DNA of 64,000 bases from contig NC_086109.1 in the NCBI RefSeq assembly GCF_963921235.1, positions 16,990,001 through 17,054,000 on the forward strand, given 5' to 3'. The translations under genes were made by a program, and so were the position numbers. The notes beneath the pieces are model-generated. The model saw nothing but the letters and a program-made list of their open reading frames with translations, was not told the origin of the DNA and ran no database searches. This stretch comes from Mobula hypostoma. Its lineage: Eukaryota. Shown here piece by piece: positions 12,801-24,570 of the stretch (positions are counted from its first letter, which is position 1; each line of letters begins with the position of its first letter).

Positions 12801-13361
12801 TGCACCCACCACAGAAAAGTTTAAAGCTGGCTGTACTAAAAGACATCAGATCATTTGAGTTGGTGAACCTAACGTTTGATCTCCAGACCTTGAAGGCAGT
12901 AAACATGGAATACCACGGACTCAGTAATACTTGCCCACTAGTGCACAGTGTACAGAATTTCTTATGAAGTTTGGACATAGGAGCTGAGTGGGGTGTGAAT
13001 TAGCCGGAGTTAGACAACAGCAGAGAGGAAAGGGGAATAGAACTGCCAACATCTTGGAACTACCAGTCAAAAGTTCAGAAGGCAACTCAATACCATCCTA
13101 GATTCAGAATTATTATCACTGGCTTAGTTATTTTGCTTGGAATTTATTATTTTGCATCAAATTACTCTAAATTACAAGATAATTTAATTGTACAAAAAAT
13201 GGGAAAACAAGATTGTGTTCAGAAACCATTCAGATATCAAATGGCAGAGGGGAAGGGCCTGTTTCTAAATCATTGAATGTGAGACTGAGTGACGCTCCTG
13301 TACCTCTTTCCTGATGGTTGTAACAGGAAAAGGGCACATTGCAGATGCTGACGGTCTTTAT

Positions 13362-14372
13362 TGAATTGAATTGACTCTATTTCTTACATCCTTCACATAC
13401 ATGAGGAGTAAAAATCTTTATGTTACATCTCTGTCTGAATGTGCAATGTGCAAATTGCAGTAATTTGTAATAAATAGAATGTACAATAAGGTGTACAGTA
13501 CTATGTACAACAGAACAGTCAATATAGCTTAGAAATACAATTGTGTCAGTGTGAATTAATCAGTCTCATGGCCTGGTGGAAGAATCTCTCCCAGAGACTG
13601 TTGGTTCTGGCTTTAATGCTGCGGTATCGTTTCCAGGATGGTAGCAGCTGTGGTTGGGGTAACTCAGGTCCCCAATGATCCTTCAGGCTCTTTTTACGCA
13701 CCTGTCACTGTAAATGTCCTGAATAGTGGTAAGTTCATATCCATAGGTTCTTTGGGCTGTCTGAACCACTCTCCGCAGAGTCCTGTGATTGAGGGAAGTA
13801 CAGTTCCCATATCAGGCAGTGATACAGCTAGTCAGGACGCTCTCAATTTTGCCCTTGTAGAAAGTCCTTAGGATCTGGGGACTCGTGCCGAACTTCTTCA
13901 ACCATCTGAGGTGAAAGAGGCGCTGTTGTGCTTTTTTCACCACACGGCCAGTATGTACAGACCAAGTGAGATCCTCAGTGATGTGTATGCTGAGGAACCT
14001 GAAGCTGTTCACCCTCTCAACCCAAGATCCATTGATGTCAATAGGAGTGAACCTGTCTCCATCCCTCCTGTAGTCAACAGTCAGCTCCTTTGTTTTTGCA
14101 ACATTGAGGGAGAGATTGTTTTCTTGATACCACTGTGTCAGGGTGATGACTTCTTCTCTGTAGGCTGCCTCGTTATTATTTAAGATAAGGCCAATCAATG
14201 TAGACTCATCTGCAAATTTAATTAGCAGATTGGAGCAGTGGGTGGCGACACAGTCATGGGTGTACAGAGATTAAAGGAGGGGGTTTAGGACACAGCCCTG
14301 TGGGGCTCCTGTGTTGAGGGTCAGAGGGTTGGAGGTGAGGGAGCCCAGTCTTACTACCTGCAGCAATCTGAT
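13362..14372 (-). mobile_element. 5'-truncated Rex1/Babar-like LINE (RT C-terminal half plus 3' UTR)
   Basis: KFADES..IGLILNNNEAAYREEV...NLSLNVAKTKEL.VDYRR...FRFLSIHITEDLTWS..; (gaatt)n tail at 13362; same subfamily as 43470-47351. Confidence 0.85.
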
Positions 14373-15429
14373 TTAACAATGTCATCTCGAGGTACCAGCT
14401 CTTGAATATGCCCTCAGTGGTGGGGAGGATTGTGCCCATGATGGATCTGGTGGAATCTACAACCCTATGCAGTGTCTTGTGATCCTGCACATTGGAACAT
14501 TCATGCCAAGCAGTGATGCAACCAGTCAAAGTACTCTCCACTGTGCATCTACAGAAAGCTTCAAGAGCCTTTGCTTACATGCCAAATTTGTGAAAAGCAA
14601 TTAGGGATGTTCACTAATTACTGGCCTTGCCGGTGACACCCACAATAATAAACATGCCAGAAGAGAACGAATGTGAGATGGTTGACAGTTTTATAACAAA
14701 GCCTTTAGTTTTAATTAACTTCACTAATGGACTGAAGAATGTTTTCACACACACTCCGCAGTCATGACCACACAGCCAGGAATGGAAAAGACATTAGAAT
14801 TGTCTTTGTTACACACACAAAATGCTGGAGGAACTCAGCAAGACAGGCAGCATCTATAGATGTGAATAAACAGTCAGCAATCCTTTATCAGGATTGGAAA
14901 GGAAGGGGGCAGAATCTCTTCTATTTAAGAGTTGTCTTCGCTCTTCTTTGTATGTATAAGACAAATATATTTAAAGAGCATTAAGATTTTCATTAAACAT
15001 AAATAAAGATACAAAATCATATACTGTATTTTGTATATGATGTTTTCATTTCAGAATATAAATGAATTTAGAAATCCTGATATGTCAGTCAGGGACTTCA
15101 ACACCCAGTGTGCAATATTGAGGGAAAATGATTCCAGAGAAGAATTGTCAGTGCACATAATGTCTGAGGTTCTGCAGTGTCAATTGTGATCCCTTTAATT
15201 CTCTAAGCCTGAGCCTGACACCCAGGAGACTCTCTATACACATTTCTGATATGCTCAGCAGAGTAGGGAGAAGCTACAGCTGGATTAGAAACACAGGTCC
15301 GACTGAGCCTTCTGTCTGGTCTGGTACGAAAGTGGCAGCTTGTGTACCAGTCCGTCCAAAGGGTTAATAACTTATGAGAGGGGGAAAGAAAGATAAAGTG
15401 AAAAGGATTGATAAGGAAGAGCACAAGCA

Positions 15430-15663
15430 TAAACACAAGAGGTTCTGCAGAAGCTCGAAATCTTGAGCCGCGCACACACAAAATGCTGGAGGAGCTCAGC
15501 AAGTCAGGCAACATTGATGTCGGGGGATAAACAGTTGACATTTTGAGCCAAGACCCTTCATTAGGACAGCCATTCCTGCTGAAGGGACTCGGCCCGAAAC
15601 GCCGACTGTTTAAACCCCTCGAGAGGTGCTGCCTGATTTGCTGAGCTCCTCCAGCATGGTGTG
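15430..15663. mobile_element. Fold-back Penelope terminal-repeat insertion
   Basis: tgctggaggagctcagcaagtcaggca...acagttgaca...cccttcattagga, then its reverse complement cctgctgaaggg...gaaacgccgactgt...ctgagctcctccagca. Degenerate flanking duplication aagg(a/c)aga(g/t)cacaa(g/a)ca at ~15414 and ~15664. Confidence 0.75.
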
Positions 15664-16599
15664 AAGGCAGATCACAAACAGCTTTGTAGCTAGTAAAACA
15701 TTGGCAAAGTGTACTTACTGTTGTAATGGAGCAATCTTTGGAGATGAACGGAGCAAAAACTTGCTCTTAATTACCAGTCACTGGGTAACCCCATTGGAAT
15801 ACATTCATTGACAATATTGATCATTAAGTTATGAAAGCTTACTCTTTGCCATGGACAAATGGAGCAAGCTCGACGAGCTTCAATATGGAGTAGACAGATT
15901 TAATCCAAACATTAGTATCCAACAAAAACTGCGGATTTCCACTTCAGATTTAAGAAGTGATCCAGTGTAATTATTTGTTGCTAGGCATTTCTAATTATGA
16001 ACCAGAAATTCAGACGCAGGTGACAAAATCAAAATTTCACCAGGGATTAGAAAGGATTAATCAAAATTTGGATTGCTGGCACTAAGCTTTATTAGCTGAG
16101 TGGTTCAGAAAAGGGAACACAGATGGACAACAGAGGCTGAAATCACCATTAACTCTCCCGTGGCAAGAACCTGGTGTTCTTATAGCTGCTCTGCAGGAGA
16201 TGAGTACTTGGTCCCTTCTTTGTGCACCACTCACGTTATCCCCTAGATCTCCTCAGACTCCCCGAGGGGCTTCAAGTGCACATCTGAGCCCTAAAGGGCC
16301 AGCTGAACAAGGATGAACTTAATTCGCCATATAAAGGTATTAGAAATTCGCCGTGGTGAGTTGGTCAGGGTGCGACATGCAACCAAACAAAACATTCAAG
16401 AATTATAAAAAATTATATAAAAATAAAGTATGGAAATGGAATAAAATGTGCATAAATATATCAATACCAGCAGGCAAATACAGTATAAACACAGTTATAA
16501 AAAGTGGTTTAAAGTGTTTACAGAGCAGTGATGGGACTAAAAGATAAAGTGGGGTGGAGGCTATCTGATCAAATTAGATCAATTAAAGTATCATGGTCA

Positions 16600-16975
16600 C
16601 GACTAATATCATGAAGGTACTGTAGATAACCTTACAGAAATTTATAAAATCACGAGAGGCACAGATGTCTTTTTCCAGGGCAGAGGAATCTAAAACTAGA
16701 GGGCACAGGTTTAACGTGAGAGAAGAAAGATTTAAAAGGGACCTGACGGGAGATTTTTTCTCACACACAGGGTAGAGTAACAAACTCCCGGGGAAATGGT
16801 AGAGGCAAGTCCAATTACGACTTGTAAAAGACATTTGGACAGATAGGTAGATAAGAAAGGTTTTGAGAGATATAGGCTAACTACATTCATATGGGACTAC
16901 TTTAATTAGACAATATGGTTGACGTGGAGAAGTTCAGCTGGAGGGCCTGTTTTCTGTGCTTTAAAGGTCTATAAT
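16600..16975 (+). mobile_element. Decayed CR1 LINE 3' fragment
   Basis: aaaactagagggcacaggtttaacgtgagagaagaaagatttaaaagggacctgacgggagattttttctcacacacagggt is the CR1 TRGH...RG.FF motif. Confidence 0.7.
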
Positions 16976-19900
16976 GTTAGCAATTTACGTCCTTAGAATC
17001 GTATATATAAAGAGCAGTCTTGGACTTGCATCACCGCCTCACATTCCACTACCAATAAGCTACTTGTAAAGTGCAACTAACTATTGAACTACTGTAAAGG
17101 TGGCAACCAATTTGCACATAGATAGCTCCCATAAAAATAATGGAATAATGGCAAGATAATTTATATTATATGGTTATAATCCATTTCTGTTATATCATTG
17201 AGGGATAAATAATGGAGAACTCCTTGATATTCTTCAAAATAGAACTTTAATGTCCACTTTAGATCAGAAGGCACCACTTCAGAATACAAGGACGTTCCTT
17301 GAGAACAGAGGTGAGGAGGAATTTCTTTAGCCAGAAGATGGTGAATCTGTGGAATTCATTGCTGCAGCTGGCTATGGAGGTCAAGCCGTTGGGTATATTG
17401 AAAGTGAAGGTTAATAGGTTCGTGATTAATAAAAGCATCAAAGATTACATGGAGAAGGCAGGAGAATAGAGTTGAGAGGGATACTCAATCAGCCGAGTAC
17501 CCGCTGGAACTTCTGGCAAAGTCACAGTGGTCAACCAAAGGTGCTACTTTCTTTTTTTAAACTTGTTCCTTATGATTGCAAGTCACTTCTGGACATTAAG
17601 AACTTAAAGTTCTGCAGGTCTGCCCCTTAAGCGAGTTGCTGGTTGGTGGAGAAAGTGCAGGAGCTGCACTTGGCGCCTCAGAGAGTCATCAGCGGAGTCA
17701 GTGTGTGAAGGAGGTGTACAGTCCAAGAGTGATCATCTTATTTCCTTTTCTTGTGATTGCAAGATCCTGTTGGACGTCGTTCATGTGCAATGGTGCAAGT
17801 CCAATTCACTGATTTATTGGCAGATGGCAGGGGTGGAAAGCAGGATAGCTAGGTCGTGGCAAGGACTAAGCCTCGGTCCATGGTGTCACCTGTTTACAGC
17901 CGCCCAGAAGAGAGGTGTCAGAGTGTGTGCACTCCACCGGAGGCAGTGTGGCGTGGCGTACAAGCTGGAGTCAGTGCTGCCCCCAGTGTTCGCTCGGCAA
18001 AAGACAAGCTGTATTGTGCTCGGCTGCAGACTGCTGTAACATTCGTGGACTCAAGGTCTTGGATTATATTTTCTTTCGTGTGACTGTATTTAACTGATAT
18101 CTTAGATGTGCTTGCTATCTTATATGTGCTATATGTGCCTCGTGCTGTGTGTGACTGTTGGTAATGTGTTTTGCACCGTGGCCCCAGAGTAGCACTGTTT
18201 CATTAGGTATTCATGTATGGTTGAATGACAATTAAACTTGACACGGAATGGCCTAATTCTGGTCTTAAGTTGGCATCAGGGACTTGGTTTAATCCTTCAC
18301 TCGAAATACACTCCCTTCGACTCTGCACCATTCCCTTGTACCGCTGTAGAATATCACCCCAGAGTAGTTCTGAAATCCAGGGAGCACAATTTTAACCTGC
18401 AAACCTCTAAATCAGAGTTGGAAGCAATCAAGAATAGATAAGATCAGTCAGAACACTTGACCTGTAACAATATACCGGGACCCTTTCTCCAATAACTCTT
18501 GGCACCATGGAGCACCCAATACAAATACTGCCTCACAGTTTCATTGACCCTGACCTCTGGTGAATGTTTTTCTTGTGACCATATGCAATTTCCCCCTGTC
18601 TTTTGATGTCCTCTCATCTTCCAAAGATGTTGGGGTTGATAGGTTAATTGACTGCTGAAAATTGCCGGTAGTGTGTAGGTGGATGATAGAATTTAGAGTT
18701 AGACCATCGGATATTGGAACAGAACTAGACCATTCAGCCTATCCTGGTTCAATTTATGGGTAAAGGAGGGGAGGGATTAATGAGAATTTGAGAGAATTAA
18801 GTGCCATTTAAAGATTAAAGAATAAAGGTTACAGATGACAGCTCATGTTTGAGTGGTGGAACGTCAGGCTAGATTGCATGGGTCTGTACACTGTCAGGAG
18901 ACTGTACTATCGATTGCTGACATTGTCACTCAGGCTTTTGGATCATATATATGTTTTTTTTCTCAAATGAAAATGCTTCTCTGCTCACTATTTTGAATTA
19001 GGTTACTTGCTATTTTTGAATGCTTCCTTGCTATTTTGAATGTTTTGCACCTTGGCCCCAGAGGAACGATGTCTCATTCAGCTGTATCTACGTATGGTTT
19101 GAATGATAATTAAACTTGATTTGATCCTTATTGTCACATGTACATAAAAATGTTGAAACATAGAGCGAAATGTGTCATTTGCATCAATGTCTGCAGATGT
19201 GCTGGGGGCAGCCAGCAAGTGTTGCCATGCCTGTGGTGCCAACATAGCACGCCTACTATTTACTAACCCATATGTCTTTGGAATTTGGAAGGAAACCAGG
19301 GCACCCAGAGGAAACACATGTGGTCACAAGGAGAACGTACAAACTCCTTCCAGACAGCGAAGGGAATTGAACCCCAATCTTACAGCTGGTGCTGTAACCA
19401 CCAACTACTCTGCTCATAATCAGAATCAGAATCAGGTTTAATAGCACTGGCATATGTTGTGAAATTTGTTAACTTTGCAGCAATAGATGATAATAGAGAG
19501 AAAAAGAATGCTGTGATTTACGATAAGTATAGATATATATTAAATAGTTAAATAAGTAGTGCAAAAGATAGGAAATAAAAAGTAATGAGATTGTGTTCAT
19601 GGGTTCAACATTGATTCTGAAATCGGATGGCAGAGGGACAGAAGCTGTTCTTGAATCATTGAATGTGTGCCTTCAGGCTTCTGTACCTCCTTCCAGATGG
19701 TAGCAATGAGAAAAGAGTGCATTGTTTCGACTGTATGTCTATTGTGTCGGATTATTCTAATTTAATGTTTGATGAGAGGTGTCACTTAGTGCGCTGAAGG
19801 ACCTATTTCTGTTCTCTGTTACTGTATGACTCTGACATGCAAACAAGGTCCTGATTAGCTTAGCTATGGCGCTTTCTACAGGCAAATATCCCAAACTCTT

Positions 19901-21769
19901 CCAGTGTCAAGCTTTAAACAGAGACAATAACATCTTGGGAGAGAAAATACAGCCTAACAAGTAGCTTCAATAAAGAAAAGTGTGTAGCAGTGTAGAACAT
20001 GGGACTAGGATAGTAGCTGTTGAACAGAACAAACAGAATGAGCTATAATTCAATTGGAAACTCTAATTTACAGACTCACTCTGTGTACAAGAATCTGTTA
20101 AACATTCGCAAGCAAATATTTGGGAATCAAGGCAACAGATTGCTGAAGGCGAGGGACGGTGGGGGGGCGGGGTGAGAGTGGAGTTTAAGTGGGCCACGTG
20201 CAAAGGGATCCCACTGATCCAACCTGCCTAATGCACATCCTGAATTCAGCACCCGGTTAAAAACAGACACTCTGGGAACACTCAACAGGTCACACAACAT
20301 TGGCGAGGGGTAGAGCACCTTCATGTTACAGGTCAATAGCCCATCAGCAAAATCTGCACTTTGCAAGGCAAAAAGCAAACTGCTGGAGGAGCTCAGCAGG
20401 TCGGGCAGCGTCTGTGAAGTAGAAGGGGTGGTAAATTGCTGTGTTGTTTATCATTGTCACATGTACCAGGGCAACACACAGAAAATGCTGGAGGAGTTCG
20501 GCAGGTCAGGCAGCATCTCTGGAGGGGATTAAAAAGTCGATATTTCGGGCCGAGACCCTTCTTCAGGACATGCGCCAAGACAGTGAAAATCTTGTCCTGC
20601 ATGCTGTCCACAACAGTGCATTGAGGTAGTACAAGGAAAAACAATAACAGAATGCAGAATAAAGCGTTATTGTTACAGAGAGAGCACAGTGCAAACAGCA
20701 ATAAGATGCAGGTAGATTGAAAGATCGAGAGTCCATCTTATCAGATGGCATCCTTATATAGATGTATGTATGTATATATTCATACTGAATTCATAGTTTT
20801 TTTCTCTATTATTATATGTTGCATTGTACTGCTGCTGCAAAGTTAACAAATTTCACGATATATGCTTGTGATATACCTGATTCTGATCGTATTTATCGTA
20901 CTAAAGGACCTTTCAGTTATCTTATAACAGCAACAGAAGCTGTCCTTAAGCCTGTTGGTACGTGTTCAAGCTTCTGCACCTTCTGCCTGATGGGAGGGGA
21001 GGAAGGGAGGGAAGAGGGAATGTCCGGGATGGCTGGAGTCTTTGCATATGCTGCTGCTATACCGATGCTGTGAGTTGGATAAGCCGTGTGGTTTCCATGA
21101 TGAGCTGAACTGTGTCCACAACTCTCTGCGGATTCTTGCGGTCATCTGCAGAGTATTGCCGTAGCAAGTAAGGTGTGATGTATTCAGATAGGAGGGCTAT
21201 GCGCTAGGGAAATTCTAGGCAGTTTCTAGAGTAGGTGACATGGTCAGCACAACATTGTGGGCCGAAGGGCCTGTAATGTGCTGTAGATTTCTATGTTTCT
21301 TTCCAGGGTGCATTGATAAAAATTGCTGAAGGTCAAAGAAGACATGCCAAGTTTCGTTAGCCTCCCACAGAAGTAGAGGCGCTAGTGAGTTTTCTTGGAC
21401 ATTACTTTTTTTTTGTGTGGGTAGACCTAGAATAGACTAATGTTGAAGTTCACTCTTAAGATCATAAAACATTCAACGCTCTTGACCTCAGCGATGTTGA
21501 TATAAGTAGGAGACTGTAAGCTGCCCCACTTTCTGAAGTAAATGATGTGCTCTTCTGTTTTGCTGACATTGAGGGAAAGGGTTTTTGGCATGACACCATA
21601 TCACTAGGTTCTATATCTCCTTCTCTTGGTCAACCATTCTGGTTGAGATCCTTCATGAGTTCCGAGGCAGGGTCTCAACCCAAACAGTCAACCAACCCTC
21701 TGCCTCCAGAGATGCTACCTGATCCGCTGAGTTCCTGCAGCAGTTTGTTTTCTTAGGGTCAAAGCTGCG

Positions 21770-21990
21770 GTCACCTTTTGGGGTTTGATTCCTGGCACTG
21801 TCTGAAAGGATTTGGTACGTTCTCCCGCAGTCCATGTGGGTTTCCTCCAGGTACTCCAGTTTCCTCCCACAGTCCAAAGTACTTACTGTACAGGTTTGGC
21901 TTAGTAAGTTATGGGCACTCTATTTTGATGCCAGCAACATGCCAACACTTGCGGGATGGCCTTAGCACAATCTTTGCTAATTTGATTTGA
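21770..21990 (+). mobile_element. V-domain SINE (HE1-like); related copies near 19190-19400, 23790-23900, 26085-26300, 37620-37750, 39990-40300, 51150-51420, 54350-54580 and 62880-63140
   Basis: tgtgggtttcctccaggtactccagtttcctcccacagtccaaag is the V-SINE central domain, preceded by a B-box-like ggtttgattcc. Confidence 0.7.
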
Positions 21991-22679
21991 CAATAATAAC
22001 GCTTCAACCTACATGTGAAAAACGGAGCTAATCTTTCATCTTTAGAGGGTATGCAGTTAAGGTGAGAGAGGATAAGTTCAAAGGAGATGTGAGGAGTGAT
22101 TCTGAAATACTTTCAGATTTTTCTGCTTTCATTGTACATTTCCAGCACATGAAATTTTCCTTTTCATCAGTTTGAGTGTTGCTCATTAATAAAGAGGATG
22201 TAATCTGAGGGGTTGGCTCAGACAAGGAAGCACTGTGAAAGGATCTGGAGATTTTGCAGTTTGTATGAAGCTCATTGAGTGATACTTGCTGTGCAGCAGT
22301 GGAGAGGACCTGATATTTCTGAGGTACCTGTTCTGGGCTGATATACAAAAAAAGTCATCAGGAGAGATGAATTCCTCCCACCCCTGCTCTGTCAGTGGAG
22401 ATCTCACCTCTAATTGCGAAAACATTGCAAAATCCCGCTGCTGTGGGTTTGATATTTGACAGGCAATTCAAAGCAATGCAAATACACGCACTGAGACATG
22501 TGAAGGAGAGATTATTATTCGCAGAACACCACAGCCTGTGTTCCTCCCCCATCTGTTTGGAGGCAGCAGGATAATGTGGGCGTATTGCCCAGATCTGAGC
22601 CAGACTGTACCACAACATCACCGCCTGCTTCAACTTTATTCATCTGAATCATTCTTTCTTATTTAATTATGGCAACACA

Positions 22680-23540
22680 CACTCAGTGGCCACTTTATTA
22701 GGTACCTCCTGGCCCTAAAAAAAGTGGCCACTGAATGTATGTTGGTGGTCTTCTGCTGCTGTAGCCCATCCACCTCAAGGTTCAATGTGTTGTGCATTCA
22801 GAGGTGCTCTTCTGCACACCACTGAGTTACTGTCGCCCTCCTGTCAGCTTGAACCAGTCTAGCCATTCTCCTCTGACCTCTCACATTTACAAGGCATTTT
22901 CGCCCACAGAACTGCCACTTCTTCGATATTTTCAGTTTCCCGCACCATTTTCTGTAAACTCTAGAGACTGCTATGCGTGGAAAGCCCAGGAGATCAACAG
23001 TTTCTTAGACATTCAAACTACCTCATCTGCACCAAAGTTCAAAGTCACTGAGGTCACCTTTCTTCCCCATTCTGATGCTTTGTCTGAACAACAACCGAAC
23101 CTCTTGACCACGTCTGCATGCTTTTATGCATTGAGTTGCTGCTATTGTGAGCACGTGGCCAAGTGGTTAAGGCATTGGACTAGCTACCTGAAGGTCGTGA
23201 GTTCGAGCCCCAGCCGAGGGAACTTGTTGTGTCCTTGAGCAAGGCACTTAATCACACATTGCTCTGCGACAACACTGGTGCCAAGCTGTATGGGTCCTAA
23301 TGCCCTTCCCTTGGACAACATCGGTGTCGTGGAGAGGGGAGACTTGCAGCATGGGCAACTGCTGGTCTTCCATACAACCTTGCCCATGCCTGCGCCCTGG
23401 AGAGTGAAGACTTTCCAGGCGCAGATCCCTGGTCTCACAAGACTGACGGATGCCTTTATTGCTGCCACATGATTGGCTGATTAGATGTTTGCATTAATAA
23501 GCAGTTATACAGTTGTACCTAATTAAGTGGCTACTGAGTT
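22680..23540 (-). mobile_element. Internally deleted non-autonomous Tc1 derivative carrying a SINE insertion
   Basis: TIRs cactcagtggccactttattaggtac ... gtacctaattaagtggctactgagt; interior is the reverse complement of 55730-56180. Confidence 0.8.
23147..23458 (+). mobile_element. tRNA-derived SINE with CORE-like domain
   Basis: A box tggccaagtgg, B box gttcgagcc, gtgtccttgagcaaggcacttaatc; same head as 4606 but a different 3' half; host sequence ttgctgc duplicated on both sides. Confidence 0.8.
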
Positions 23541-24109
23541 TATGTGGGAGGTCACTCGGCCCATCTTGGCCTTTTCAGCTCTCTGCCAAAGAGTCCCATT
23601 AGTCCCATTCCCCTCTGGTTATTTCATTAAAGCAAGGAGATTGATGGGATTACTCATTTGAGAGCCAACATAGCTGAAATTGGCTGATTGGCCTCCATCT
23701 GATTTGCTGTAAGTAAGTATCCCTCTCATTTCCTCTTTGATTCTTCTGCCACTTAGCTGTTCAACGTTCAATTTATGCCAGCCAGCCTCCAACCGGCACG
23801 TCTTTGGGATATGGGAGGAATCTGGAGCACAGTGGCTACTTGCAAAGTTACAGGGAGAACGTGAAAACTCCACACAGACAGCACTTGAAGTCAGGAGCTG
23901 TCGTGCCCCTGTGTCCATTAAATGTGGTGTACCCCATTCCAGCATATGAACTACATTTCATCCTGGAATCAAGGACAAACTGCACGCTTGGAGGTGCTTC
24001 GTTGTGAGATCTAGATTGGTCGGTTGTCCTCTGTATCTGACAATGACAGTTAGATTTGTGCAGCTCTTCATTTAGATGATGTGGAATGCGCATCGAAACC
24101 TGTGTGGGA

Positions 24110-24570
24110 GAGTTTTTAAAGTGAAAAACTGTTGCACTGGGGCAGATCCACTCTCCTCGACCTCAGAAGTCTTGGTCCAGTGATACGAGTATCGTCACAC
24201 TTGGGGTCTTCCTTTGGTTGCAGTGGATGACCGTGACTTTTCAGTGCCTTGTCATGCACCTTGCTCTTCATGAAGAACTGCAGAGTCACCTGCCTGGCCA
24301 TTGGACCTCACTGTTGATCTCACCCGCCCAGTCCAGGCTGGGACAGGCACGTCCCTGTCCCATCGGAGTGTGAGGCCCACTGGCTATCCTCGCCTGGTTT
24401 ACCACACCTGTCAAAATAGTGTAACGGGGAGTGGCCACTGACACATGCAGACACCTCCTTGGAGCCACAGGTGATAGATGAGTGTCCGGTGAGGACTGCA
24501 GGTGAGTGAGCTGCCCCAGAACGGACGTGACTGTGCTTCTGGCAGAATGGACCAGAGAGAGGTGCTACCC
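24110..24570 (-). repeat. Unclassified interspersed repeat, second copy at 61805-62350 (+)
   Basis: cttggagccacaggtgatagatgagtg and cctcgacctcagaagtc are reverse complements of cactcagctctcacctgtggctccaag and gacttctgaggttgagag in the 61805 copy. Confidence 0.65.
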
